NCBI GenBank assembly: GCA_026390115.1
Contig: JAPLGO010000001.1
Coordinates: 34,978-98,977 of the forward strand
Reading direction: 5' to 3'
Length of the DNA stretch: 64,000 nucleotides
From: Campylobacterales bacterium
GTDB taxonomy: Bacteria; Campylobacterota; Campylobacteria; Campylobacterales; Sulfurimonadaceae
Shown here: positions 37,802-46,608 of the stretch, piece after piece
Numbering within the stretch: the stretch's first letter is position 1
Layout: the number at the start of each line of letters is the position of its first letter
Notes under the pieces: generated by a model
Databases searched by the model: none
Told to the model about the DNA's origin: nothing
What the model saw: the letters and a program-made list of their open reading frames with translations, nothing else
Made by a program: the position numbers and the translations under genes

Positions 37802-37905
37802 AGAGTTATTACTGAACAATTCTCGAAAAACAAAGTTTTACTAAAGAAACATCGCTTCGCGAGCGATTCTCTTGTTTTGTTCGTTTTAGTGCGTAACATC
37901 AATAA

Positions 37906-38730
37906 CTACTGGATTTTAGTAGCTATCTCGTCTGTTAAATCCATATGAATTTTGGCATACATTCCTGGGAAAATCATATCATTCTTTTTCTCAAAATGAA
38001 TACGAATTTTAAATGTGTGCGCCATAGGATTTGCACTTGGAACAATTGCTTTAATATATCCTGAGGCTTTATATCCTAGAGACGGAATTGAAATATCGAC
38101 TACCTTATTTCTTCTAACATACTTGAGATCTGACTCTGCAACTTCAGCTTCTATTTCAAGATGATCCATATCCACAACTATCATAGTAAGCATACCGGGT
38201 GCGACCATATCTCCAACTTGAATTCTCTTCTCTACCAATATGCCGTCATTCGGCGCTTTTACTTTTAAATATCCTGATATTGTCGCAAATTGCTTGGTTT
38301 TTTCAGACGCTTGCTTGACTAAGACTTGTGCAGATTCTAATGCTGCAGTCGCATTTTCAGTGCTTTGTTTAAGATCACTCATCTCAAACCCAAACTTCTC
38401 TTTAGAGTAAAGACCCTTATCTCTCTCTAAATCCCTTTTTTCTTTTTTTAGCCCATTAAATGACTTTTGATAAACTTCAAGCATGAGCTTTGCCTGTTCT
38501 AACCCCAAATCAGCTTGACTCTCGAGTATATCAAATTCAGCTGATTCCATTTCAAAAAGGACATCTTCTCTTTGAACCATATCACCAACTTCAAAATTTA
38601 TCTTTTTGATATACCCCATATATCTTGCCGGAATCATTTTTTGGTTGTTTGATATTACTGTACCAGTCAAAATTAAATCTGCTGAGAAAAGTGAATTAAC
38701 TGTGATTAAAAAAAGTATTACATACTTCAT
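37906..38730 (-). CDS. RND-type periplasmic adaptor (membrane fusion protein), orphan
   Basis: Lipoyl-like halves (GYIKKINFEVGDMV; VKAPNDG..VEK.IQVGD.V.PG), helical hairpin, IFPGMYAK. Confidence 0.8.
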   Translation of the reverse strand: MKYVILFLITVNSLFSADLILTGTVISNNQKMIPARYMGYIKKINFEVGDMVQREDVLFEMESAEFDILESQADLGLEQAKLMLEVYQKSFNGLKKEKRDLERDKGLYSKEKFGFEMSDLKQSTENATAALESAQVLVKQASEKTKQFATISGYLKVKAPNDGILVEKRIQVGDMVAPGMLTMIVVDMDHLEIEAEVAESDLKYVRRNKVVDISIPSLGYKASGYIKAIVPSANPMAHTFKIRIHFEKKNDMIFPGMYAKIHMDLTDEIATKIQ

Positions 38731-38742
38731 GCTTCTCCTTTT

Positions 38743-39153
38743 TTACCAGTGTCTTAATTCTCTATGACACTTCATGCACTGACCCATAATTTTTGTATAT
38801 GCCTGTACGGCCTGAGCAGAATCCCCATCTTTAAATCTTTCTAAAATAGTTAAAGCTTTTTGATTTATGTTTTTTACTATTTTGTTTGACATCTGAATTT
38901 TCACATTCATGTATTTAGCTAAAGGATCTTTGTCATCTTCCTCCTCCATCGGTGGCTTAATTCTAGCAATTGCTGTAGATAAAGACGTTACCCCGCTGGC
39001 AACCGTATCATAGTTATTGTAAAAAAACCCGCTCTGGATTGTATTCATAGCATCTGCCATTTCGTGCATGTCTTTTATTCTATCCTCTTTTGTATAAGGT
39101 CCCGCCAACAACAAACTTCCCATAAGTGTAAAAGCCAAAACAATTTTTTTCAT
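38743..39153 (-). CDS. Periplasmic monohaem cytochrome c (class II / c'-like)
   Basis: Signal peptide, helical body, single C-terminal CMKCH. Confidence 0.75.
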   Translation of the reverse strand: MKKIVLAFTLMGSLLLAGPYTKEDRIKDMHEMADAMNTIQSGFFYNNYDTVASGVTSLSTAIARIKPPMEEEDDKDPLAKYMNVKIQMSNKIVKNINQKALTILERFKDGDSAQAVQAYTKIMGQCMKCHRELRHW

Positions 39154-39362
39154 TAATGCATTCCTTTAATAAATTTCGAAGCATTGTATCTAAAAAATTC
39201 ACAAATTAGTAAGTCGTAAAATCAAAAAAATTAATAATAAAAGCGGGTGTGATATATCAAAACATTATAAGTAATTATTAGAAAATTTTATTAGCATTCA
39301 GTTTTTATTTAGCTTTAAAGAGTTATAGTTTTCCTTAACTTAAATGGGAAAAAGGGAAGGAA

Positions 39363-40466
39363 ATGAAGAAAAAATTAGTAATAAGCGCAATTGCGGCACT
39401 GGCAGTAACAACAACTTTATCAGCAGATTTCAGTTTCGGAGATATGTTTAAAGATATGAAAGACGGTGTTACATCAATGAGTAAAGATGCTAAAGATGCC
39501 GTTAAATCAGGCGTTGATGGCGGCGTTGAAATTTCTAAAAGCGGTGAAAGAACTGTAACTAGCGTAAGCAAAGATGCAAAAGATTCAGCTGTAAAAGCTT
39601 CTGATGACCTAAAAACTGCTGAGATTGCAACTGTGAAGAGTGGTTCGGATACAACAACCGGAATCAGCAGAGATGTAAGAGACAGTACTATTGAAGTTGC
39701 TGAAGATTCTAAAGATTCTATTTCTAATACCACAAGAGACTTTAAAGACAGTTCAACAATGGCTACAAAAGACTTTAAAGACAGTACTGTTTCTGTTTCT
39801 AACAACATGAACAACTCTGCGAACACAATGTCAAACAATGCTAACGATTCTACTAAAACAATCTCTAACAACATTAATGATTCAACAAAAACTGCATCAA
39901 ACAATGTTAACGATTCGACTAAAACAATCTCTAACAACATCAATGATTCAACTAAAACTGCATCAAACAATATAAATGATTCTACCAAGTCAATCTCTAA
40001 CAACTTGAATGACTCTACAAACACGATATCAAACAATGTAAATGACAGTACAAAAACTGCGTCAAACAATGTTAATGACTCAACTAAGTCAATTTCTCAC
40101 AACTTAAATGACTCTACGAACACTATTTCTAATAATGCGAATGATTCAACTAAGACAATTTCTAACAATGTGAACGACAGTACAAAAACTGCAACGAACA
40201 ATGCGAACGATAGCACAAAAACTATCTCTAACAATGTAAACGACAGCACAAAAACTGCAACGAACAATGCAAACGATAGTACAAAAACTATCTCTAACAA
40301 TGCAAATGATTCCAGTAAAACTGCAACAAGCAATGCTAACGATAGCACAAAAACTATCTCTAACAATACGAATGATTCAACTAAGTCAGTTTCTCATAAC
40401 ATCAACTCTGATGATTACAAAGACTACTTGAAATTAAAAGCAAAATACGAAACGAACAAAATCTAA
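39363..40466 (+). CDS. Secreted 11-residue tandem-repeat protein
   Basis: Signal peptide MKKKLVISAIAALAVTTTLSA, AAGGA RBS, 18 repeats of (S/T)NNxNDSTK(T/S)x. Confidence 0.85.
   Translation: MKKKLVISAIAALAVTTTLSADFSFGDMFKDMKDGVTSMSKDAKDAVKSGVDGGVEISKSGERTVTSVSKDAKDSAVKASDDLKTAEIATVKSGSDTTTGISRDVRDSTIEVAEDSKDSISNTTRDFKDSSTMATKDFKDSTVSVSNNMNNSANTMSNNANDSTKTISNNINDSTKTASNNVNDSTKTISNNINDSTKTASNNINDSTKSISNNLNDSTNTISNNVNDSTKTASNNVNDSTKSISHNLNDSTNTISNNANDSTKTISNNVNDSTKTATNNANDSTKTISNNVNDSTKTATNNANDSTKTISNNANDSSKTATSNANDSTKTISNNTNDSTKSVSHNINSDDYKDYLKLKAKYETNKI
39798..40391 (+). repeat. 33-bp degenerate tandem repeat, 18 units, coding
   Basis: 18 x 33 nt in frame; synonymous codons differ between units (GAT TCA / GAC AGT / GAT AGC). 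Confidence 0.9.
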
Positions 40467-40481
40467 TTTTCACTTCTTCAA

Positions 40482-40508
40482 AAACGACACATTATAAATG
40501 TGTCGTTT
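40482..40508 (+). terminator. Intrinsic terminator
   Basis: AAACGACACAT-TATAA-ATGTGTCGTTT, 11-bp stem followed by CTTTC. Confidence 0.75.
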
Positions 40509-40576
40509 CTTTCACATGTACATAACAATCAAAAAGAATTTTTCGCTACAATCACAAAAAATAAAAAAGAGTCTAC

Positions 40577-40930
40577 TTGCGTCTTCCTAAAGGTTTTGGT
40601 AAAAACTATTTTACCCTCAGAGCTATTACCGCTACAACCAACCAGATAACACTCAATGCAAATGCCTCTCGTGTGCAAAATTTTCACATGCTAAACTTTA
40701 ATACTGATGAACTTGAAGCATTGGAAGAAGATGCCGAACTCACCGCCACCCTTTGCACGTTAAAACTCTCTGCCAAACCTTGCCATTGCAACTGCTACTA
40801 TTTAAAAAAAACAAGAAAAACTCTCAAACAATGCCACTCTCAAAAGAAAAATATAAACTATTTTAAAACTCTCAATAATGCAATCTCTCCTCCATTTTTA
40901 TATGCCAACTCACAGACAATAAAAATATAA
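40577..40930 (+). CDS. Possible Cys/His-containing leader ORF upstream of the TonB-dependent receptor
   Basis: TTG start, PCHCNC, ISPP near the C-terminus, ends 16 nt before the receptor; no clear RBS. Confidence 0.4.
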   Translation: MRLPKGFGKNYFTLRAITATTNQITLNANASRVQNFHMLNFNTDELEALEEDAELTATLCTLKLSAKPCHCNCYYLKKTRKTLKQCHSQKKNINYFKTLNNAISPPFLYANSQTIKI

Positions 40931-40946
40931 CTTAGGAATTAGATTT

Positions 40947-42764
40947 ATGAAAAACAGAATAAAATTATTAATGATACCCATTGCTTTAATCAGCTTACTT
41001 CATGCACAGCAAGATGTAACACTTGCCCCTATTGAAGTAATAAGTGCCACAAAAACGGCTCAGTCTCTTAAAGATGTCACATCAGATATCAATGTTATAA
41101 CCAGCCAAGAGATAGAAGAAAAACATTACACAACAGTGGCTGAGGCACTCAACAGTCTCTCCGGAATCAGCTTTACAAACAACGGCGGACTTGGCAAAAC
41201 TACTTCCATAAATCTAAGAGGGTTTGATTCAAATAGAGTTTTAGTTTTAATAGACGGAATAAGATATAACGACATTACGGGACTATCGGGAGCTCCATTT
41301 TCTGATTTGATGATAAGCGATATAGAACAGATAGAAGTTGTAAAAGGAGCTCAGTCCGGTGTTTGGGGCGCGGACGCCACTGCCGGTGTGATAAACATTA
41401 TCACAAAGGGCTCAAAAAAAGGTCTTCACGCTTCTAGCAGTGCTGAAGCTGGAAGTTTTAATACAAAAAAATATGGTGCACTGGTTTCTTACAAGGATGA
41501 GAGCTACTATGTAAAAATAGATTCCCAAAAAATTACTACAGATGGATTTAGTGCTCAGGTTCCAAAAGGAGATGATATAAAAAAGTATGAGAAGGACGGC
41601 TATACAAACATGACTTTTAATTTTAAATCTGGTTTAAATCTTGATGAATCAAACAAAGTTGACCTATCTCATACCATCATAGATTCTTACTGCGAATATG
41701 ACGGATACAAAGACCCTAACGGGAATCTATACTCAACTACAAAAAATAGTTTTTCTCAAATCAACTTCAACCATGTTGATAGTTTCAACAAAATTAACAT
41801 TTATGCCAAAAAATCACTCTTTGAGAGGAATTATCCGCAAGGCTATACAAAAGCGTATAGCGGTGACGTTCAAGAGTATGGTCTAAAATCGAATATCCCC
41901 TATGCCGATAGGAGCTTTATAGTTATCGGCACTGACTATAAAATATTTGAACACAAAAATGAGTTAAACGAGAAATATAGCAATAAGGGTATTTTTCTTA
42001 CAAATAATAACAAATTTGATGGATTTACCGGTGGAAAGACTATCCTTACGGAGTCCGTCAGAAGTGATATTTACGATACGTTTGATGACAAAATTACCGG
42101 TAAACTAGGTGTCAAACACATCAGCGAAAAGATTCAAGGGCTTGTTACAAGTGCAAATATCGGAACGGCATATAATGTACCGACTCTTTATAACCTTTAT
42201 GATCCTATGTACGGAAATAGCAATTTAAATCCTGAAAACACTCAAAGTTATGATGTGACTCTCGGCTACGATGATTTCAAAATCACCTACTTCAACAGCG
42301 ATGTAACCGATATGATTGATTATGATTTTACAACTTCAAAGTACAATAATATAGATGGAAAATCTAAACTTCAAGGGTATGAACTGGAATATAAAACCAA
42401 CATAACAGATGCAATTGCGGCAAATGCAAACTATACATTGCTTAATGCCAAAAACAGCAATAACAAAATATTGGCCAGAAAACCGCAAAAGAGTATTAAA
42501 GCCGGTTTAGATTATTATGCGTCTGAAGCTTTGCATTTTGGTTTAAACGGCGAATATGTCGGCAAAAGATTTGAAAAAGATGATGAAAAAGGCATGCAAA
42601 CCGGAGAATATGCGGTTGCAAACTTTGTAGCCAACTACGATATTAACAAAAACTTTCAAACATACCTGAAAGTGGATAATATAACAGACAGATACTATCA
42701 GGTAGTGGATGGTTATGCAACTGCGTCAAGAAGCGGATATATAGGGATGAAGGCTCTTTTTTAA
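40947..42764 (+). CDS. btuB: TonB-dependent receptor, probable cobalamin receptor
   Basis: Plug motifs (INLRGFDSNRVLVLIDG, IEVVKGAQSGVWG), C-terminal F; cob gene neighbourhood. Confidence 0.8.
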   Translation: MKNRIKLLMIPIALISLLHAQQDVTLAPIEVISATKTAQSLKDVTSDINVITSQEIEEKHYTTVAEALNSLSGISFTNNGGLGKTTSINLRGFDSNRVLVLIDGIRYNDITGLSGAPFSDLMISDIEQIEVVKGAQSGVWGADATAGVINIITKGSKKGLHASSSAEAGSFNTKKYGALVSYKDESYYVKIDSQKITTDGFSAQVPKGDDIKKYEKDGYTNMTFNFKSGLNLDESNKVDLSHTIIDSYCEYDGYKDPNGNLYSTTKNSFSQINFNHVDSFNKINIYAKKSLFERNYPQGYTKAYSGDVQEYGLKSNIPYADRSFIVIGTDYKIFEHKNELNEKYSNKGIFLTNNNKFDGFTGGKTILTESVRSDIYDTFDDKITGKLGVKHISEKIQGLVTSANIGTAYNVPTLYNLYDPMYGNSNLNPENTQSYDVTLGYDDFKITYFNSDVTDMIDYDFTTSKYNNIDGKSKLQGYELEYKTNITDAIAANANYTLLNAKNSNNKILARKPQKSIKAGLDYYASEALHFGLNGEYVGKRFEKDDEKGMQTGEYAVANFVANYDINKNFQTYLKVDNITDRYYQVVDGYATASRSGYIGMKALF

Positions 42765-43621
42765 TGAGAAAACTTTTTTTACTTCTTGTACTAGCTATTT
42801 CACTATTTGCGGGAGAGAGGATAGTAGCCCTCTCCCCGTCAATCAATGAAATAATTTTTGCGCTAGGCAAAGGCGAAGAGATAGTAGGCAATACAAGCTA
42901 CTGCGACTACCCCGAAACGTCGCAAAAAATAGCAAAAGTCGGAGGCTACTTCGATCCCTCGCTAGAAAAAATTCTTTTCCTCAATCCAACCCTTGTCATC
43001 ATGCAGCAAAACAGCTACCAATTAAGCCAGAAGTTGCAGCAGCTTGGAATAAAAACACAAGTTGTAAAAATTGACACTCTCTCGGATATAAAAAGTTCTA
43101 TACTGGATATCGGAAAAACTTTAAACAGACAGCAGGATGCAGAAAAGATAGTAAATAACATAAATCAAGAGCTGCAAAAGCTAAAAAATATCACGGCAGG
43201 CAAGAAAATTCTAATTGTTATTGGACACAACACTTCCCTTTCTTCAAAAATTTTCGTCGCAGGTCAAAACCTTTATTTTGACGATATTATCAACGAGAGC
43301 GAAAATACGAATGCTCTTCAAAGCCAAAGGAAAGGACAACCGATTCTAAATATGGAAAATATTATTGCATGTAATCCCGATATTGTTATACTTTTGGCAC
43401 ACTCCATGCATGAAAAAGGTTTAAGTGAAAATGATTTAACGGCTCCGTGGAGAGAACTCCCGATAAATGCAGGCAGAACAAACTCTATTTACATTATTGA
43501 TAAACTCTACGCAGGCATTCCGAGCGACAGACTGGTATATTTTTTACAAGATTTCCAAGGGATTTTACATGATTACAAAAAAAATAATTTGCTTCATCCT
43601 ATAAAAGAGAAACTATACTAA
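42764..43621 (+). CDS. btuF: Cobalamin/iron ABC transporter substrate-binding protein (BtuF-like)
   Basis: RIVALSPSINEIIFALG, CDYP, VGGYFDPSLEKI. Confidence 0.75.
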   Translation: MRKLFLLLVLAISLFAGERIVALSPSINEIIFALGKGEEIVGNTSYCDYPETSQKIAKVGGYFDPSLEKILFLNPTLVIMQQNSYQLSQKLQQLGIKTQVVKIDTLSDIKSSILDIGKTLNRQQDAEKIVNNINQELQKLKNITAGKKILIVIGHNTSLSSKIFVAGQNLYFDDIINESENTNALQSQRKGQPILNMENIIACNPDIVILLAHSMHEKGLSENDLTAPWRELPINAGRTNSIYIIDKLYAGIPSDRLVYFLQDFQGILHDYKKNNLLHPIKEKLY

Positions 43622-43622
43622 C

Positions 43623-44315
43623 ATGCTAAAAATCAAACGCTTCAGCAATGCCATACTCAGCAACATAACCGTTCATCTAAAAAAGGATGAAAACCTTATC
43701 CTGCTAGGCTCAAACGGTGCAGGAAAATCTACTCTGGCAAAAGTTGCTTGCGGAATTATCGACTCAGACAGAGTTGAGCTCTTTGGCGAAAAATTGGAAC
43801 ACCTCGGTGCCAAAAAAAGAGCAGAATTTATAAACTACATTCCCCCAAAACTGGAGATATTTGACGACTACATCTCACTCAGAGAGTATCTTGAATTAAG
43901 CAGACTCTATTCGTCATTGAACGTTGATGAAGCTATATCACTTTTAAATTTAGATGCGTTGGCAGATAAGCCATGTAAAACTCTCAGCAGCGGCGAGCAA
44001 CAGCTAACCATGCTGGCATCTTCAATACTTCACAACGCAAAACTAACTATATTTGATGAACCGACAGCAAATTTAGACCCGAGCAAAACACTGCAGGTTT
44101 ACGAGATGTTAAAAAGCGATGTAATTAAAAACAGAATCATCATAACCCATGACTTGAATCTGGCTCACAAACTGGGGTATAAAATACTCTACATGCAAGA
44201 GGGAGAGGTAGAGTTTTTTGATGAGAATAAAAAGTTTTTTGAAGCGTCAAACTTGGAAAAACTTTTTGGCTCAAGCATAAAACATATAGATGGCTATTTT
44301 GTGGTGAATTTATGA
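43623..44315 (+). CDS. ABC transporter ATP-binding protein (BtuD-like)
   Basis: GSNGAGKST, LSSGE, FDEPTANLD. Confidence 0.85.
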   Translation: MLKIKRFSNAILSNITVHLKKDENLILLGSNGAGKSTLAKVACGIIDSDRVELFGEKLEHLGAKKRAEFINYIPPKLEIFDDYISLREYLELSRLYSSLNVDEAISLLNLDALADKPCKTLSSGEQQLTMLASSILHNAKLTIFDEPTANLDPSKTLQVYEMLKSDVIKNRIIITHDLNLAHKLGYKILYMQEGEVEFFDENKKFFEASNLEKLFGSSIKHIDGYFVVNL

Positions 44316-45256
44316 AGTATCTCTTTATTATCCTCTCAATAATTCTGCTTCTTACGGCTCCGTTCTTTGGGCAGATTGAGATAAATCTCTTCAATATCAA
44401 TGACCCTGCGTTTATGGAGTATAAGCTCTTCTGGGATTTGAGACTTCCTAGAATTATTGTTGCCTTTTTCACGGGTGCACTTCTTGGTCTGAGCGGTCTC
44501 ATTTTTCAATCGCTCTTTAGAAACCCTATGAGTACACCATTTACGCTTGGTGTGGCAAGCGGAGCGACCTTGGGAAGTGCCTTTGCAATAGTTTTCGGCT
44601 TTGTCACACTCGTTCCGGTTTTTGGTTTTTTTGGAGCGCTTTTAACCATTGCGATACTCTTTAGCATCACCTCAAAAATTAAAGGGTATGACACCACATC
44701 GCTCCTACTGGTGGGTATCGCTCTCTCATTTTTTTACAGTGCCGCGCTTATGATTCTCTTTTATCTCAGCAGTCAATCTCAAAGCTATGAGATAGTTCGA
44801 TTCACCATGGGAAGCCTCGATGTGGTTGGAATCAGAGATACCGTTCCTGTTATTGTTGTAAGTATTTTACTTCTTTTCATCTCCTTTAAATACAAAAAAG
44901 AGATTAAGATGCTTCTTACCTCCTATGACAACGCCTTTTTAAAAGGGGTAGAGGTTCGCAAAATCAACACTATTCTCTTGGTATCGGTCTCAGTCGCCAT
45001 TGGAGTTGCTGTGAGCATAACCGGACCTATCGGTTTTGTCGGACTCATCATACCCCACATACTCAAAACCATCTACAAAAAGAGTTCCGACAAACTGCTC
45101 TTGGCTACATTTTTTTACAGCGGTATTTTTCTCGTTGGGTGTGATTTGATAGCAAGAAATCTTGGTACCTCTTCGGATGTGCCCATAGGAGTTATTACCT
45201 CCTTTTTAGGTGCTCCGTTTTTTATATACCTCATCATCAGGAGAGAAAAAATATGA
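44312..45256 (+). CDS. FecCD/BtuC-family ABC permease
   Basis: LRLPRI, FRNP..TPFTLGV, GPIGFVGLIIPH. Confidence 0.88.
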   Translation: MKYLFIILSIILLLTAPFFGQIEINLFNINDPAFMEYKLFWDLRLPRIIVAFFTGALLGLSGLIFQSLFRNPMSTPFTLGVASGATLGSAFAIVFGFVTLVPVFGFFGALLTIAILFSITSKIKGYDTTSLLLVGIALSFFYSAALMILFYLSSQSQSYEIVRFTMGSLDVVGIRDTVPVIVVSILLLFISFKYKKEIKMLLTSYDNAFLKGVEVRKINTILLVSVSVAIGVAVSITGPIGFVGLIIPHILKTIYKKSSDKLLLATFFYSGIFLVGCDLIARNLGTSSDVPIGVITSFLGAPFFIYLIIRREKI

Positions 45257-46521
45257 GAGCTTTATGCATCAGCGCAACCGCTTCCAATCAAGGCAAAACA
45301 ATACTGACAACGGCTCTGCTCTACCACTTTAGAGATTCTGTGAGACCTTTCAAGATTGGACCGGATTTTATAGACCCCCAGTTCCATACCAAAATATGCT
45401 CCACCCCATCCGTAAACCTAGATACCTTCATGATGAGAAAAGAGCAGGTTCAATGGATATTTCAAAAATACAGTGACAAAAAGATCTCTATCTGCGAAGG
45501 AGTGATGGGCTTTTATGACGGAATGGAGAAGGGATGCAGCGCTTACGATGTCTCTAAACTGTTAGACATCCCGACCATTCTTCTTCTCGACGGAAGCTCT
45601 AGCTACATAACTGTCTCTGCCATTTTAAAAGGGCTCAAAACATACAGAGACGACAACACCATAAAGGGTGTGATTTTAAACAAGCTTTCTTCATCTTCCC
45701 ACTTCGAGCTTATCAAAAATCAGATTTTAAAAGATTTCTCGGATGTCGCTGTTCTTGGATGGATAAAAAATGATTTAATCTCTCTGGGCGATACTCATCT
45801 GGGACTTGATTTGGAGAATATCACAAAGATAGAGAGCGTTTCAAAAGAAGTACTTGAAAATATAGATATAAAAATGGTTGAAAATTTGGCTAATGAAACT
45901 CGGATGTGCAAAAACGAAGAGGCAACTAATAGTGAATGGTACCCCTTTAAGAAAATTCAAAAAATAGACAAAAAACTTGCTATTGTGAGCGATGCAAACT
46001 TCTCGTTTTTGTACCATGACAATGCCCAGTTTTTAAAAGAGATTTTTAGAGAGGTCAGTTTTGTCTCCTCCGTAAGAGATGAGAGCATCGACGCGGATAT
46101 TGTCTATATTCCGGGTGGCTATGTCGAAACAAAAGAGAGCTATGAGAGACTAAAAGAGTCGCATAATTTTAGAGATTCTCTCATAACACATGCAAAAACA
46201 AAACCCATATATGCCGAATGTGCAGGAATGCTCTACCTCGGAAACTCCGTGGATGAGAAGAAGATGTCTGGCATTTTAGATTTGGATTTTACCCTCCACA
46301 AGAGGTTCCAGAGAATGGGGTACTACTACAATTCCAAAAACATCAAAGGGCATGCTTTTCACTACACAAATATTCTAGATGAAAAAGAGGGAACGGATAG
46401 ACTCTTCAAAACAAAAAAAGATGAGGGAAAAGTTGGAAGCTGGCAAAAAGAGAGAGTTTTTGGAACCTACCTTCATGTAATGTTCAGAAGCAACACTGAA
46501 ATAATTGACACACTATTTTAA
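45253..46521 (+). CDS. cbiA: Cobyrinate a,c-diamide synthase
   Basis: SNQGKT, FKIGPDFIDP, EGVMGFYDG, YAECAG, TYLH. Confidence 0.88.
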   Translation: MRALCISATASNQGKTILTTALLYHFRDSVRPFKIGPDFIDPQFHTKICSTPSVNLDTFMMRKEQVQWIFQKYSDKKISICEGVMGFYDGMEKGCSAYDVSKLLDIPTILLLDGSSSYITVSAILKGLKTYRDDNTIKGVILNKLSSSSHFELIKNQILKDFSDVAVLGWIKNDLISLGDTHLGLDLENITKIESVSKEVLENIDIKMVENLANETRMCKNEEATNSEWYPFKKIQKIDKKLAIVSDANFSFLYHDNAQFLKEIFREVSFVSSVRDESIDADIVYIPGGYVETKESYERLKESHNFRDSLITHAKTKPIYAECAGMLYLGNSVDEKKMSGILDLDFTLHKRFQRMGYYYNSKNIKGHAFHYTNILDEKEGTDRLFKTKKDEGKVGSWQKERVFGTYLHVMFRSNTEIIDTLF

Positions 46522-46569
46522 AAGATTTAAAACATATACACAGAAGGATAAGTTAAATATGAGCAAGAA

Positions 46570-46599
46570 ATCCATTTCCGACTTGTGTCGGAAATGGAT
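46570..46599. terminator. Bidirectional terminator between cbiA and the cyc2-like gene
   Basis: ATCCATTTCCGAC-TTGT-GTCGGAAATGGAT, perfect 13-bp stem. Confidence 0.75.
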
Positions 46600-46608
46600 G
46601 AATAAAAA

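Noticed and set aside
39335-40366. Minus-strand ORFs 39335-40069 and 40097-40366 that look like membrane proteins
   Set aside because: Antisense shadows of the 33-bp repeat; the plus-strand gene has the RBS, signal peptide and terminator.
40509-40946. Cobalamin riboswitch
   Set aside because: Expected from context, but I could not find the conserved core motifs; not called without an Infernal search.
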